20,953 nt of DNA from Oligoflexia bacterium (GTDB taxonomy: Bacteria > Bdellovibrionota > UBA1018), in assembly GCA_043732485.1 (NCBI GenBank), contig JAYTHP010000250.1, positions 1 to 20,953 of the forward strand. Direction: 5' to 3'. The notes below the pieces were generated by a model. The model was not told the DNA's origin, did not search any database, and was given only the letters and a program-made list of their open reading frames with translations. Positions 1 through 8,535 of the stretch are shown here, in pieces. The translations under genes were made by a program, and so were the position numbers. Positions within the stretch are counted from its first letter, which is position 1, and every line of letters starts with the position of its first letter.

Positions 1-1326
1 TTATGGCTACAAGCACCCGACTTAGTCTTGCCTCGTCTCAGCCGACTTTTAGGGGAGCTGACGCAAGAGCTTGCACTCCCGCTGGCTGCGCTTGAGCTGA
101 AGGTGGTGGGTTGCGCCCCAGAGCTTGCAAGGCTCAAGCCGCTGCTTGCGCCACTCAAGCTTACGGCCTTAAGTGTGCTGGAAAAGCCGCAGGGCACGGT
201 GCTGCGCTTTTTTGCAGAAACCGGCCAGTTACAAGCGCAAGTCACCGGGCGTGAGGTGAAGGGTCAGCCTGCCAATCCTGAGAGGATTCGCGTGATGATC
301 GTCGATGACTCGGTGACGATTCGTAAGCTGCTGCTCAGTATTTTTTCGTCTGACCCAGGCCTCGAGGTGGTGGCTGCCACCGGTCACCCCTTGGAAGTGG
401 AAGGCTTAATTGCCAAGTTCCGTCCCCAGGTCATTACCCTGGATATTCACATGCCTGAGATGGACGGCTTGACCCTCCTCAAACGCTTTCATCCCCGTTT
501 TCCCATCCCGACCGTCTTGATCACCTCGATTCGTAAAGAAGAGGGGCTCACGGTGCTGGAGGCCTTAGAGCACGGCGCGGTGGATTATATTCAAAAGCCC
601 ACGCTTGAGGCCTTGGATCAAGTTGCCCCTTTAATGATTGAAAAGATTAAGATTGCAGCAGCCGTGAAATCCAAAGCCCGCGCCCCACAAAAGCCCGCCC
701 TCGTTCAGCGTTTACTTGCGCCTCGAGGCCTCCCGTCTGAGGGGGGGTTAATCGTCATGGGCTCCTCAACCGGCGGGACGGAAGCCTTAAAAGAGATCCT
801 GATTCGCTTACCTGAGCAAATCCCCCCGATTTTGATTGTGCAACACATCCCCGCGGTGTTTTCCCTGGCGCTTGCCAATCGGCTGCATTCCTTGTGTCCG
901 TTTGAAGTCAAAGAGGCCCAAGACGGCGATGAGGTGCGAGCCAACCGCGTGCTGCTTGCCCCGGGCGGTCAACAGATGCAACTAGTGCATGCGGCCAAAG
1001 GGGGGGGGAGAGTGGTCAGGTTAGATGACTCGCAAGCCGTGAATCGCCATAAGCCCTCAGTGGACGTCTTGTTTCACTCCGTCCTCCAAGCGCATGATCC
1101 CAAGCGAGTGCTGGGAGTCTTGCTGACAGGCATGGGGGCGGACGGGGCGCAAGGGCTCTTGGCGCTCAAGCAAAAAGGCGCTAAAACGGTGGCCCAAGAT
1201 GAAGCGAGCAGCGTGGTCTTTGGCATGCCAAAAGTGGCAATTGGCTTAGGAGCAGCGCTTGAGGTCAAGCCGCTGCTTGAGATCCCCGAGCTGCTCGTGC
1301 GTTGGTGGGGGTCAAAAAGTGGCTAA
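1..1326 (+). CDS. cheB: Chemotaxis response-regulator protein-glutamate methylesterase CheB with an extra N-terminal (CheD-like) segment; probably 5'-truncated by the window
   Basis: Receiver domain (RVMIVDDS...TLDIHMPEMDG...DYIQKP) followed by methylesterase motifs GSSTGG, VQHIP, HKPSVD, LTGMGADGA, VVFGMP. Frame is open from base 1, so the TTG at 28 is probably not the true start. Confidence 0.95.
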   Translation, partial: LWLQAPDLVLPRLSRLLGELTQELALPLAALELKVVGCAPELARLKPLLAPLKLTALSVLEKPQGTVLRFFAETGQLQAQVTGREVKGQPANPERIRVMIVDDSVTIRKLLLSIFSSDPGLEVVAATGHPLEVEGLIAKFRPQVITLDIHMPEMDGLTLLKRFHPRFPIPTVLITSIRKEEGLTVLEALEHGAVDYIQKPTLEALDQVAPLMIEKIKIAAAVKSKARAPQKPALVQRLLAPRGLPSEGGLIVMGSSTGGTEALKEILIRLPEQIPPILIVQHIPAVFSLALANRLHSLCPFEVKEAQDGDEVRANRVLLAPGGQQMQLVHAAKGGGRVVRLDDSQAVNRHKPSVDVLFHSVLQAHDPKRVLGVLLTGMGADGAQGLLALKQKGAKTVAQDEASSVVFGMPKVAIGLGAALEVKPLLEIPELLVRWWGSKSG

Positions 1327-1416
1327 AAGGCGCCAGCAGTCAGGGGTCAATGAACTGACTCAGCAGACAGAGTGGAGCGTCAACCAGAGCAGAAACCAGA
1401 AGTGTGAGGTCAGGGG

Positions 1417-2271
1417 ATGTTAGAGCAAAGACCAGAAAACCAAGATTTTAAGGCACCAAGCGTCAACCCAGGGCTCCCGCCCGAAGCGGCAAGCCCTTCT
1501 TTCATCCAGCCCAACCACCCGCCGCAGCCTTACAGCGTGGCTCAGCTCACTCACTGGGCAGGCTTGCTCGAGCAAGCAGGCGATTGGGAGCTCGCAGCCA
1601 CCCTCTACCGCCACCTCACCGTGCAAGCTCCCCACCACCCAGCGCCAAACGCCAGCGTCGCGTTGCCCACTGATCACGCAGGATCCCTCCAAGGTTGGCT
1701 TGGCTTCCTGCGAGTCACCCTGGTGACCAAGGGCCCACTCCAGCACGCCGTTTCGTGGCTTGCGGGCGAAGGCCTCAAGCAGCTCCCGCCCGCGCAGTGG
1801 TGCGCGGTCGCAGGCCAGGTGCTGCAAGCACGTCACGTCCCTGCTGCCGTTAAGATGCCACTTGCCTTGCAGTGGGTCAGGGTCCAGCCGCGGGATCACG
1901 CCAATGTGCGGTTTTTATTCAGGCAGGCGCTGCCCTTGCAGCAGACCCAAGCGGTGATTACGGCTTGCTGGAGCGTGCTGCCGATCCTCAGGAACAAGGA
2001 GGGCAGGCAAGATTGCATGCACCTTGCAGGGCCAAGCAACCGAGACCCTCAAGACCTTCAGCAAGCTGCTGCAGATCAGGGCACAGCCTGGCAGTATGAC
2101 ATGGCCTGGCGTCAGGATTTCTTTTTCCTTAAGGTTGCTTACGGACTTGCCACATTGTGTCTGGCTGAGTCGCAACACCAACAAGCGCGCAGTCTTGTGG
2201 ATGAGATCCTCGAACATGATCAGGCTCACGCGGGCGCACAGCGCTTACTGCGCGTCTTGTGCTCAAGCTAA
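1417..2271 (+). CDS. Hypothetical protein, helical/TPR-like
   Basis: 284-aa ORF with a Pro-rich N-terminus. TPR-like helices (AGLLEQAGDWELAATLYRHLTVQAPHH; YGLATLCLAESQHQQARSLVDEILEHDQAHAGAQRLL). Confidence 0.65.
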   Translation: MLEQRPENQDFKAPSVNPGLPPEAASPSFIQPNHPPQPYSVAQLTHWAGLLEQAGDWELAATLYRHLTVQAPHHPAPNASVALPTDHAGSLQGWLGFLRVTLVTKGPLQHAVSWLAGEGLKQLPPAQWCAVAGQVLQARHVPAAVKMPLALQWVRVQPRDHANVRFLFRQALPLQQTQAVITACWSVLPILRNKEGRQDCMHLAGPSNRDPQDLQQAAADQGTAWQYDMAWRQDFFFLKVAYGLATLCLAESQHQQARSLVDEILEHDQAHAGAQRLLRVLCSS

Positions 2272-2389
2272 GTCAGCGTCGGTAGGTGAGGCAAAAGGCT
2301 CAACTTGCTAGCAATTCTACTTGAGAGCGCCGCGTGACGGGGAGCATAGCCGCCACCTAGGGATTTTGCGCAGCTTGGCTTAATCCGTG

Positions 2390-4030
2390 TCACCCAGCGT
2401 GTGCTGCCTGAGGATTGAAAGATCGCCTTATAGCAGACCTAGCTTGAAGTGCCAACGGACGCGATATTGCTGCCCACGCCGAGCCGTTCCAGTACATCCA
2501 AGGGCCGGTGTTACTCGTGCCCAAGTTATAGAGCACGCCGCTTGCGCAACCCCCTGAGGCCACAGTCTGCAAAAACCAGCTTAGGGTGTAAAACGGCACG
2601 CCCTGGTTGCTGATCAAAGTCGGCGCCGAGATGTCATAGTGGTTGGGGCCAACCGCGACCGACTTTAGTTCCAGCGAGCAAGTGAGCTCTGAAACGCCGC
2701 CATAAGTGCAAGAACCCACGGCGTCGGTGGTTTCAAAGATCGCCCGGTACTGAAAATAGCGATTCGTCGGAATCACCGACGCAGTGAGTGACGGAAAGCT
2801 TGAGAAGCTCATAGTCGGGAGCCCCGTGTTCACCGAATCGGAGAAGGTTAAGTCCCCGCCGTCATTGGGGATTAATTTGTTGTTGAGTTCAAAGCAGTAC
2901 GTCTGGCTGGTACCATCGGTCCCGACCCAAGGAGGCGATCCCGTGGTGCAGCTGGAGTCCGAGCAGGAGCGGACCTGATACTTGAGGCGATTAGCGCCGC
3001 GGCGGTAGAGCTCGTAGATCTTGCTGGTGGCACAGATGTTGGTGCCGTCGCAAAGGACGCGGTTCCAACCGGCGACTTCGTCGAGGAGGCCGTTAACAGG
3101 AGCCCCACCAATAAGATCAGTCCCGAAAGAAAATTTTCCCAGAATGGTATTCCAAGCAGGGCTGCTGGAGCTTCCCGCTAGGACTCCGTTGGCATAGATT
3201 CTTGCGGTTGATCCGTCAAAAGATCTAATAGTGTGAGTCCAAGCATTCACTGGGAGAGCGTCACTGACTCCATAGTCATCACCCCATCCTGTGATAGAGA
3301 ATGGTCCAGACTGATAATAAAAGCCGAAAGCTTTCTCTGTGGTTCCAGTTCCGTAATAAAAAATACCTCTTTGATTCTTGAGACTTGCAGGATTTATCCA
3401 AACTTGAAGCGTTCTTGCCGCAGACCCTTCAGGTAATGCCGCATCAGAACCAGTAATTAACCCACTACTCGTTCCATTAAAATAAGCCGCCGTCCCAAAT
3501 CTCCCCGGCGCCCCAAGCGTCACTCCCGTGCCCACCGTAGCGTTTTTTGCGCTTCCCGAGTTGTCTCTGACAGTGGTTGAATCCGCTGGTTCATCTAGTT
3601 CCCACGATCCCACTCATCAGACTCGCCGATTGCGATGTGTAATGGGTCGCATTCTCACTCGACCCCCCCCCCATCCGGCAAAGGTTTTAAAAACGCCAGC
3701 GTCGGGTTCCAAGCGAGGCTGGACCAGGTCTGGCCGTTGGCAAGGCCCGTCCAGCATGCGCGAGGTGAAGGTGCCTGCGTAGGCTGCCGATTGTCTATAG
3801 TGGAGAGCGGTGATTTAGGTTTGATTGAGGGCGGTGCTCCAGAGCGCGACGTCGTCTAGGGCGCCAGTGAGGTAAGCAGAGCCTGAGCCCCAGAGCAAAC
3901 CTGTGTTGCTCTTTCCAAAAAAAAATCCCAGTGTTAAAAGCAGGAGTCGGTGTCCCGTTCCTAAGCGTGAAAAGCTGTGCGGTCAGACTACTCCATGAGT
4001 TTGAAGTATACCCGGGAGGGGGAACACCCT
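2390..4030 (-). pseudogene. Degraded LamG/concanavalin-A-like jelly-roll (secreted/surface) protein
   Basis: ORF 2390-3613 has LamG motifs (WELDE...VRDNSG, TLQVWINP, WTH...FDGSTARIYANGVL, NGLLDEVAGWNRVL). Upstream frames continue the same protein type (GALDDVALWSTALNQT*ITAL...GTFTSRMLDG; TWSSLAWNPTLAFLKPLPDGG) through a TAA at 3815-3817 and frameshifts including the C10 run (3663-3672) and A9 run (3917-3925). Abuts the IS at 4033. Confidence 0.8.
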
Positions 4031-4032
4031 TA

Positions 4033-4936
4033 GACACCGTTTCGCAAAACTCTAAATAAAATAAATTAGGTAATTCATGTATGTCTTTCAGATATCAACC
4101 AAGAAAGGCGCACCTGATTCCCTCGACTTGCACTCTATCAGAAAAAGACTGGAAACTGATCCAAAAAATTTTACCTCCTGAAATTGAAACTGGCAAGGGA
4201 ATGAAAGGGGGGCGGCCTCACGCAGACCTTAGAAAAATTTTTGTGGCTTGTTGTTTTAGGTTCGATCAGGATGCCAATGGGGTCTGGTTCCAAGGCATTT
4301 TGGCAGCCGCACCAGTCTTGGAAAATATCTAAAAAAGTGGGTAAGCGCCGGTTTTTTTTGATCAACTCATGGAAGAGGCATTGCAATTGTACGAGGAGAC
4401 ACTCGGCATAGATTGGTCTTTCCAATCGATCGATGGGTCCTTAAAGCAGGCTCCCGGATGTTCTAAAAATACTGGAAAGAAGCCAACAGATCGGGGCTGA
4501 GCCGAAACTAAGCATATAATCTTAACTGACAAAAATGGTATACCTATTGCGGTTAAGATCATTCCAGCAAACGAGTCCGATATACACCAGATTGAAGAAA
4601 CCCTCGAAAGTATTGGACTACCCCGGCCTAAACCAAAAGCAGTTGAGCAGCAACTCTGCGCAGACAAGGGCTTCGACTCAGCTGCCAACCGGCAGCTAGT
4701 AGAAGAGTGAGGCTACACTTCTCATATTATCAAGCGCGGGGCTCAAGTTAACCCCATTCGACGCTATAATGCCAAGCGGTGGGTTGTTGAACGTAACCAT
4801 TCATTTATTAATTAATACCAAGGGATTTGAACGCGACGGATTCACCGCCCCGAAGTCTATCGGGCAATGACATTTTTAGCCTGCGCTTGCGTCATTTTAG
4901 CTAAACTATGATATTCGGGGTTTGCGAAACGGGCTC
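4033..4936 (+). mobile_element. IS5-family insertion sequence (904 bp), inactive
   Basis: TIRs GACACCGTTTCGCAAA (4033-4048) and TTTGCGAAACGGGCTC (4921-4936), 14/16 match as inverted repeats. TA on both flanks (4031-4032, 4937-4938). Internal decayed transposase. Confidence 0.9.
4081..4911 (+). pseudogene. IS5-family DDE transposase pseudogene
   Basis: Reconstructed: LSEKDWKLIQKILPP...GGRP...RSGCQWGLVPRHFG...SIDGS...TDRG*...TDKNGIPIA...ADKGFDS...KRWVVERNHSFIN*Y. Two frameshifts (~4262 and the T8 run ~4352-4359) and in-frame stops at 4498, 4708, 4813 and 4828. Confidence 0.9.
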
Positions 4937-5228
4937 TAAAGCAGATGAGAAAAAAAAAGAAGTTTATGCGTCAAATCGAACTCTTTATTTCCACGCTTTT
5001 CTGCTGGGTCAGCCCCGAGTTTATGCTGGTTCGAACAAATAACCGATGGGCGCCTCGTAAGCAGAGGATTCGTGTCATGTTGACACCATCCTAGCCTTTT
5101 CCTCAAGATTCCATCCACTCCGCAGAAAATGCGGTGAACAGTCACTTTTTTTATTCTATCGAGCAAAATTTTTTCAAGAAAAAAAACTACAGCGTCTCCA
5201 AAAAAAAAGAAAATTAGAGGGCTTCTGC

Positions 5229-5262
5229 GTTTTTTACCTGTGTTTTTTACCTGTGTTTTTTA
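5229..5262 (+). repeat. 13-bp tandem repeat GTTTTTTACCTGT x ~2.6
   Basis: Read directly: units at 5229-5241 and 5242-5254, partial unit 5255-5262. Confidence 0.9.
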
Positions 5263-5963
5263 ATCGATGATCTCACCCGTGGACTTGAAAGCTTGGGGAC
5301 TTCTGACAGTGGAGCAACCGCTGAACATAGCTCCAGACGGTGTTAGTGTGGCCTGATGCTGCGTGCGGGGTGAGTGAGTGGGTGGCGTGCGGACATGCAA
5401 GCGAGCGTCAGGGGTTGAGGCCGGAGGGAGGTGAGGGGGGGGGAATGGTTCTCCCGTTTCTTTACTTTTTCCCGAAAAAGCCCTCCTGTTGCGCAACCTA
5501 TCGCCCCTCCTCTTTCTTTCTCTCTCTGTCGTTTTTTAAAAAGCTGAGTGAACATAAGTCTGTAGGCGCGTGAGCTCTGGTCGGAGGGCAACGAGGAGTG
5601 TGAGCAAGAAGAGGGGTGCCAAGTGGGGGTGTCTTCGCTCCACTAGCAGAGCGGTGAAAGGGGTACTCGCTTGACGTAGGTTCCTCGGTCGGCGCAGGTA
5701 CGGCTTGCACAGTAAAAACCTAAAGGTTACAATATCTTAGTCAGCTGAGGGGTGACTGGGCGTGCGGGTGGTGGCATGGGGTAGAGTGAGGGTTTAGCGT
5801 GGGGGAGGGGGGTGTGTCATTGAGCGAGGGGGGACACACCCGTAGGGCATAAAAAAAGAGAGCGTGCGGGGGTGGGGGAGTTCTGCTAGACTTAAGGTAA
5901 GCGATGAACTTAAAATGTCAGGGAAAAAACAGGGGCAAAGTGAGGTAAAAAAGAGAGAGGGCT

Positions 5964-6135
5964 AAAATCCTCCTTAGGCCCAAGCGGAGTCGTCAATAGA
6001 CTCGTCAGCGAACGAGTCACCTCTTTGCCCCTCCCTCGTTATTGAAGGCTGCTGATGCTGGCTGAGCTTGTGCTCTCTTCGTAATGGTCTTGCACCGAAG
6101 GCGTCTTCGGGCTTAAACCCCAGGTGAGGTATTTT
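5964..6135 (-). ncRNA. Candidate structured RNA (~172 nt), family unassigned
   Basis: On the minus strand CCUGGGGUUUAAGC pairs with GCUUGGGCCUAAGG (13/14 pairs, four G-U), extended by CCU/AGG and AAAAU/AUUUU. It encloses perfect hairpins at 6095-6110 and 5999-6018. Manual pairing only. Confidence 0.3.
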
Positions 6136-6139
6136 AAAT

Positions 6140-7519
6140 ATGAACATTCTTTTAACAGGTGGAACCGGTTGGATTGGCAAGTCTCTAGGCGTTGAGCTGG
6201 TGCGGCGTGGTCATAAGATCATCGGCTTGTCGCGCGATGTTAAAAAGGCCAAACGCATGGCACCCTATCCTGCCACTTGGTTGGAGTGGGCAGTAGGCGA
6301 ATCGTCCTTGCCGGCCGAGTTAGACGGTCGCATGCCGATTGACGCGGTGATTAATCTGGTGGGTGAGCCTGTGGCGGGTGGCAAGCGGTGGACGGAGGCG
6401 GTTAAAAAAGAGATTGAGCTTTCCCGCGTGCAACCCACCGCTCAGCTCGCAGCGTTCGTAATGCGCCACAAAATCCCGGTGTTTGTCTCTGCCTCTGCCA
6501 TTGGCTATTACGGTGAGCGCGGTGATGAAGTGCTGACGGAAGTCTCAAGAGTCGGTCAAGGCTTTTTAGCGAAAGTCTGCGAGGATTGGGAAACCTCAGC
6601 GTTTTTAGCCAAAAGTGTGGCGCGCTGTGTATGTTTGCGGATTGGGATTGTGCTGGGTCGAGGCGGCGGCGCGTTAGAGAAAATGGTGCCACTTTTTCAA
6701 ATGGGCTTAGGCGGTCCTTTAGGCAGCGCCACCCAGTGGATGAGTTGGATTCATTATCAAGACGTTGAGCGCTTGTTGCTCGAGTGCTTAGAAAATCCCA
6801 AGGTTCAGGGCGTGGTGAATGCCACGGCGCCGCAACCGGTGCGACAAAAAGAGTTTGCCACCACGCTTGCCAGAGTGCTGAAGAAGCCTGCTTTACTGAA
6901 GACCCCCGAGTTTGTCGTCAAAGCGCTGTTTGGTGAATTAGCACAAGTCGTACTGTCGTCCCAGCGGGTCTTGCCGCAGGTAGCGCAAGAACAAGGATTC
7001 TTATTTTCTTTTCCCCACTTAGCAGGTGCGTTAGCAGATCTTTTGGCGCCTGAGAGCAACAAGGAGTGCGTGCTTGAGGAGCAGCAGTTTATCAATCGTA
7101 AGCTTGAGGAGGTTTTTCCGTTTTACGCTTCAGAAAAAAACTTGGAGCGACTCACCCCGCCGTTTTTACATTTCCTGGTGCTGGCTAAAAACACCGAGAC
7201 CCTCCAAGAAGGCACGCTGATTGACTATCGCTTGAAACTCTTTGGGATCCCTTTCTACTGGCGGACCCAGATCCTGCACTGGCAACCCCCTCAGCAGTTT
7301 GTCGATCAGCAGCTGACCGGGCCTTATAAGCTGTGGCATCACACCCATCGCTTTGAAGTGTTAGGTTCAGGCACCCTGATCACCGACCGGGTGCGTTATC
7401 AGGTGCCGCTTGGGGATCTGGGAGCTTGGGTGGCAGGCTGGAAGGTCAAGCAGATGGTGAAAGAGATTTTTTCCTACCGCAGAACCGTGCTGGCTGAGCA
7501 GATTTGGCCTGAAGCGTAA
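6140..7519 (+). CDS. TIGR01777/YfcH-like NAD-dependent epimerase fused to a C-terminal SRPBCC (START-like) domain
   Basis: ILLTGGTGWIG Rossmann motif, SASAIGYYG, LAKVCEDWE, LRIGIVLG, QWMSWIH, VLSSQRVLP. C-terminal ~150 aa NLERLTPP...FVDQQLTGPYKLWHHTHRF...TDRVRY. GAGG RBS at 6126-6129. Confidence 0.9.
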   Translation: MNILLTGGTGWIGKSLGVELVRRGHKIIGLSRDVKKAKRMAPYPATWLEWAVGESSLPAELDGRMPIDAVINLVGEPVAGGKRWTEAVKKEIELSRVQPTAQLAAFVMRHKIPVFVSASAIGYYGERGDEVLTEVSRVGQGFLAKVCEDWETSAFLAKSVARCVCLRIGIVLGRGGGALEKMVPLFQMGLGGPLGSATQWMSWIHYQDVERLLLECLENPKVQGVVNATAPQPVRQKEFATTLARVLKKPALLKTPEFVVKALFGELAQVVLSSQRVLPQVAQEQGFLFSFPHLAGALADLLAPESNKECVLEEQQFINRKLEEVFPFYASEKNLERLTPPFLHFLVLAKNTETLQEGTLIDYRLKLFGIPFYWRTQILHWQPPQQFVDQQLTGPYKLWHHTHRFEVLGSGTLITDRVRYQVPLGDLGAWVAGWKVKQMVKEIFSYRRTVLAEQIWPEA

Positions 7520-7716
7520 GCAAGCTAGCAAGTGGTGCTTGGGGGCGTTTCGCTTGAGAATGCTGCGTTTTCTGAAAAGTGCAGCCTTCGGCGCTCGGCG
7601 TGACCGTGACGGGTGTGATCAAAAATAGGTTGTCTCAAGGGCCTAGAAAGCTGGTCCCAATCCCGGGAACAAAATTTAGCCTAAAAACGACCTGCTGGGA
7701 CAGGCTAGATCAAATT

Positions 7717-8027
7717 TTAAGCGGCTTGGACCACCACGTTCATTTTAAGTCCGGTCCTACTCACTTGATCTTGCAACGCTAGACTCACTGCAAGCGCGCT
7801 GGATAATCCACAAGTTCCAGCGCTTTTCGCAGCCATCAAGGGGCTTACCTGGTGACGTCCCTTTTCAAGATCGCACAAGGCACTTTTAGAAACTCCTAAA
7901 AAGCTGGCCATGGCAACTTGAGAAAGGTTGCGGGAAGACCGTACCCCCCGCTTAGAAAGCGACCAAAAGTCAAAGCTCCGAGCTCTTTTTCTAAAAGAAC
8001 AACTAAGTTTTTTTCTTTAGTACTCAT
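7717..8027 (-). pseudogene. XRE/HigA-type HTH antitoxin, frameshifted
   Basis: ATG at 8027 overlaps the toxin end. MSTKEKNLVVLLEKELGALTFGRFLSG, then a frameshift in the C6 run (7944-7949) to VRSSRNLSQVAMASFLGVSKSALCDLEKGRHQVSP...ALQDQV (HTH). Confidence 0.8.
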
Positions 8028-8307
8028 GTTTGTTAATCTCCTTGACTCCAATGACCAAGAAATTATGATTTTCTGCTTCTTCTGAAATTAAGCGATAGGA
8101 ACGATTTAAGCGTAGCGACCGTCGGCTGGTCTGATCGCCCTTTAAGGGTTAGTCATGATAGCCGGGTATAACTTTATCCCCCTCTCTAATACCTGTCCGC
8201 TCAACAGAGCATGCCCACGTCAAAATGTGGTCTTTAATATGGAAAGGAAGTTTTTTAAGCTGCTTTTGAGCGAACTTAGTAATAGTTACTTTACAGGGCA
8301 GATCCAG
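8017..8307 (-). pseudogene. RelE/HigB-family mRNA interferase toxin with a premature stop
   Basis: VTITKFAQKQLKKLP...PGYHD*PLKGDQTSRRSLRLNRSYRLI...VKEINKHEY*. TAA at 8149-8151 replaces the Glu of the HDEPLKG motif. No ATG at the expected start (CTG at 8307); start is approximate. Confidence 0.85.
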
Positions 8308-8317
8308 GCTGGCGTCA

Positions 8318-8346
8318 AAAGTACGATAACGATTCGTACCCGTCAA
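8318..8346 (-). promoter_or_regulatory. Sigma70-type promoter of the toxin-antitoxin pair with a palindromic operator
   Basis: Minus strand TTGACG-N17-TACTTT. Inverted repeat GTACGA-N7-TCGTAC (8321-8339) covers the spacer and overlaps the -10. Confidence 0.75.
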
Positions 8347-8486
8347 CTCAAAATTTGCTAAAATTCTGACACCGGGGGGGCTACTTTCTGAGAGGCTAAA
8401 AAGGGTTGCAACTGATGGAAACTTAGGTATTTTCTAAGGATAGCGGCACAGGCAAAGGTTGCAGGAGAATAATGGGTAAAAAAATT

Positions 8487-8515
8487 TTGACTGGGGCTGA
8501 GTTCCAACCTAAAAT
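8487..8515 (+). promoter_or_regulatory. Sigma70-type promoter of the Phd/YefM antitoxin gene
   Basis: TTGACT (8487-8492)-N17-TAAAAT (8510-8515), followed by GAGGTG (8517-8522) and ATG at 8536. Confidence 0.75.
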
Positions 8516-8535
8516 AGAGGTGAAAAAATTTTTAA

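Noticed and set aside
4498..4830. Repeated in-frame TGA suggesting a recoded genetic code
   Set aside because: TAA stops and frameshifts interrupt the same gene, and intact genes (recQ, dabA, the Phd gene) end at TGA with no internal TGA.
5229..5262. Short repeats here and at 20225-20257 as a possible CRISPR array or iterons
   Set aside because: Head-to-tail units with no spacers, too short, and no cas or rep gene in the window.
5260..5710. Four short ORFs (70-82 aa) in the intergenic region
   Set aside because: Mutually overlapping, low-complexity, no motifs or RBS support.
5964..6135. Retron msr-msd reading of the terminal inverted repeats
   Set aside because: No reverse transcriptase in the window; kept only as a generic structured-RNA candidate.
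4940..6135. Long intergenic region as a replication origin
   Set aside because: No DnaA-box cluster (TTATCCACA) seen and no oriC-associated genes nearby.
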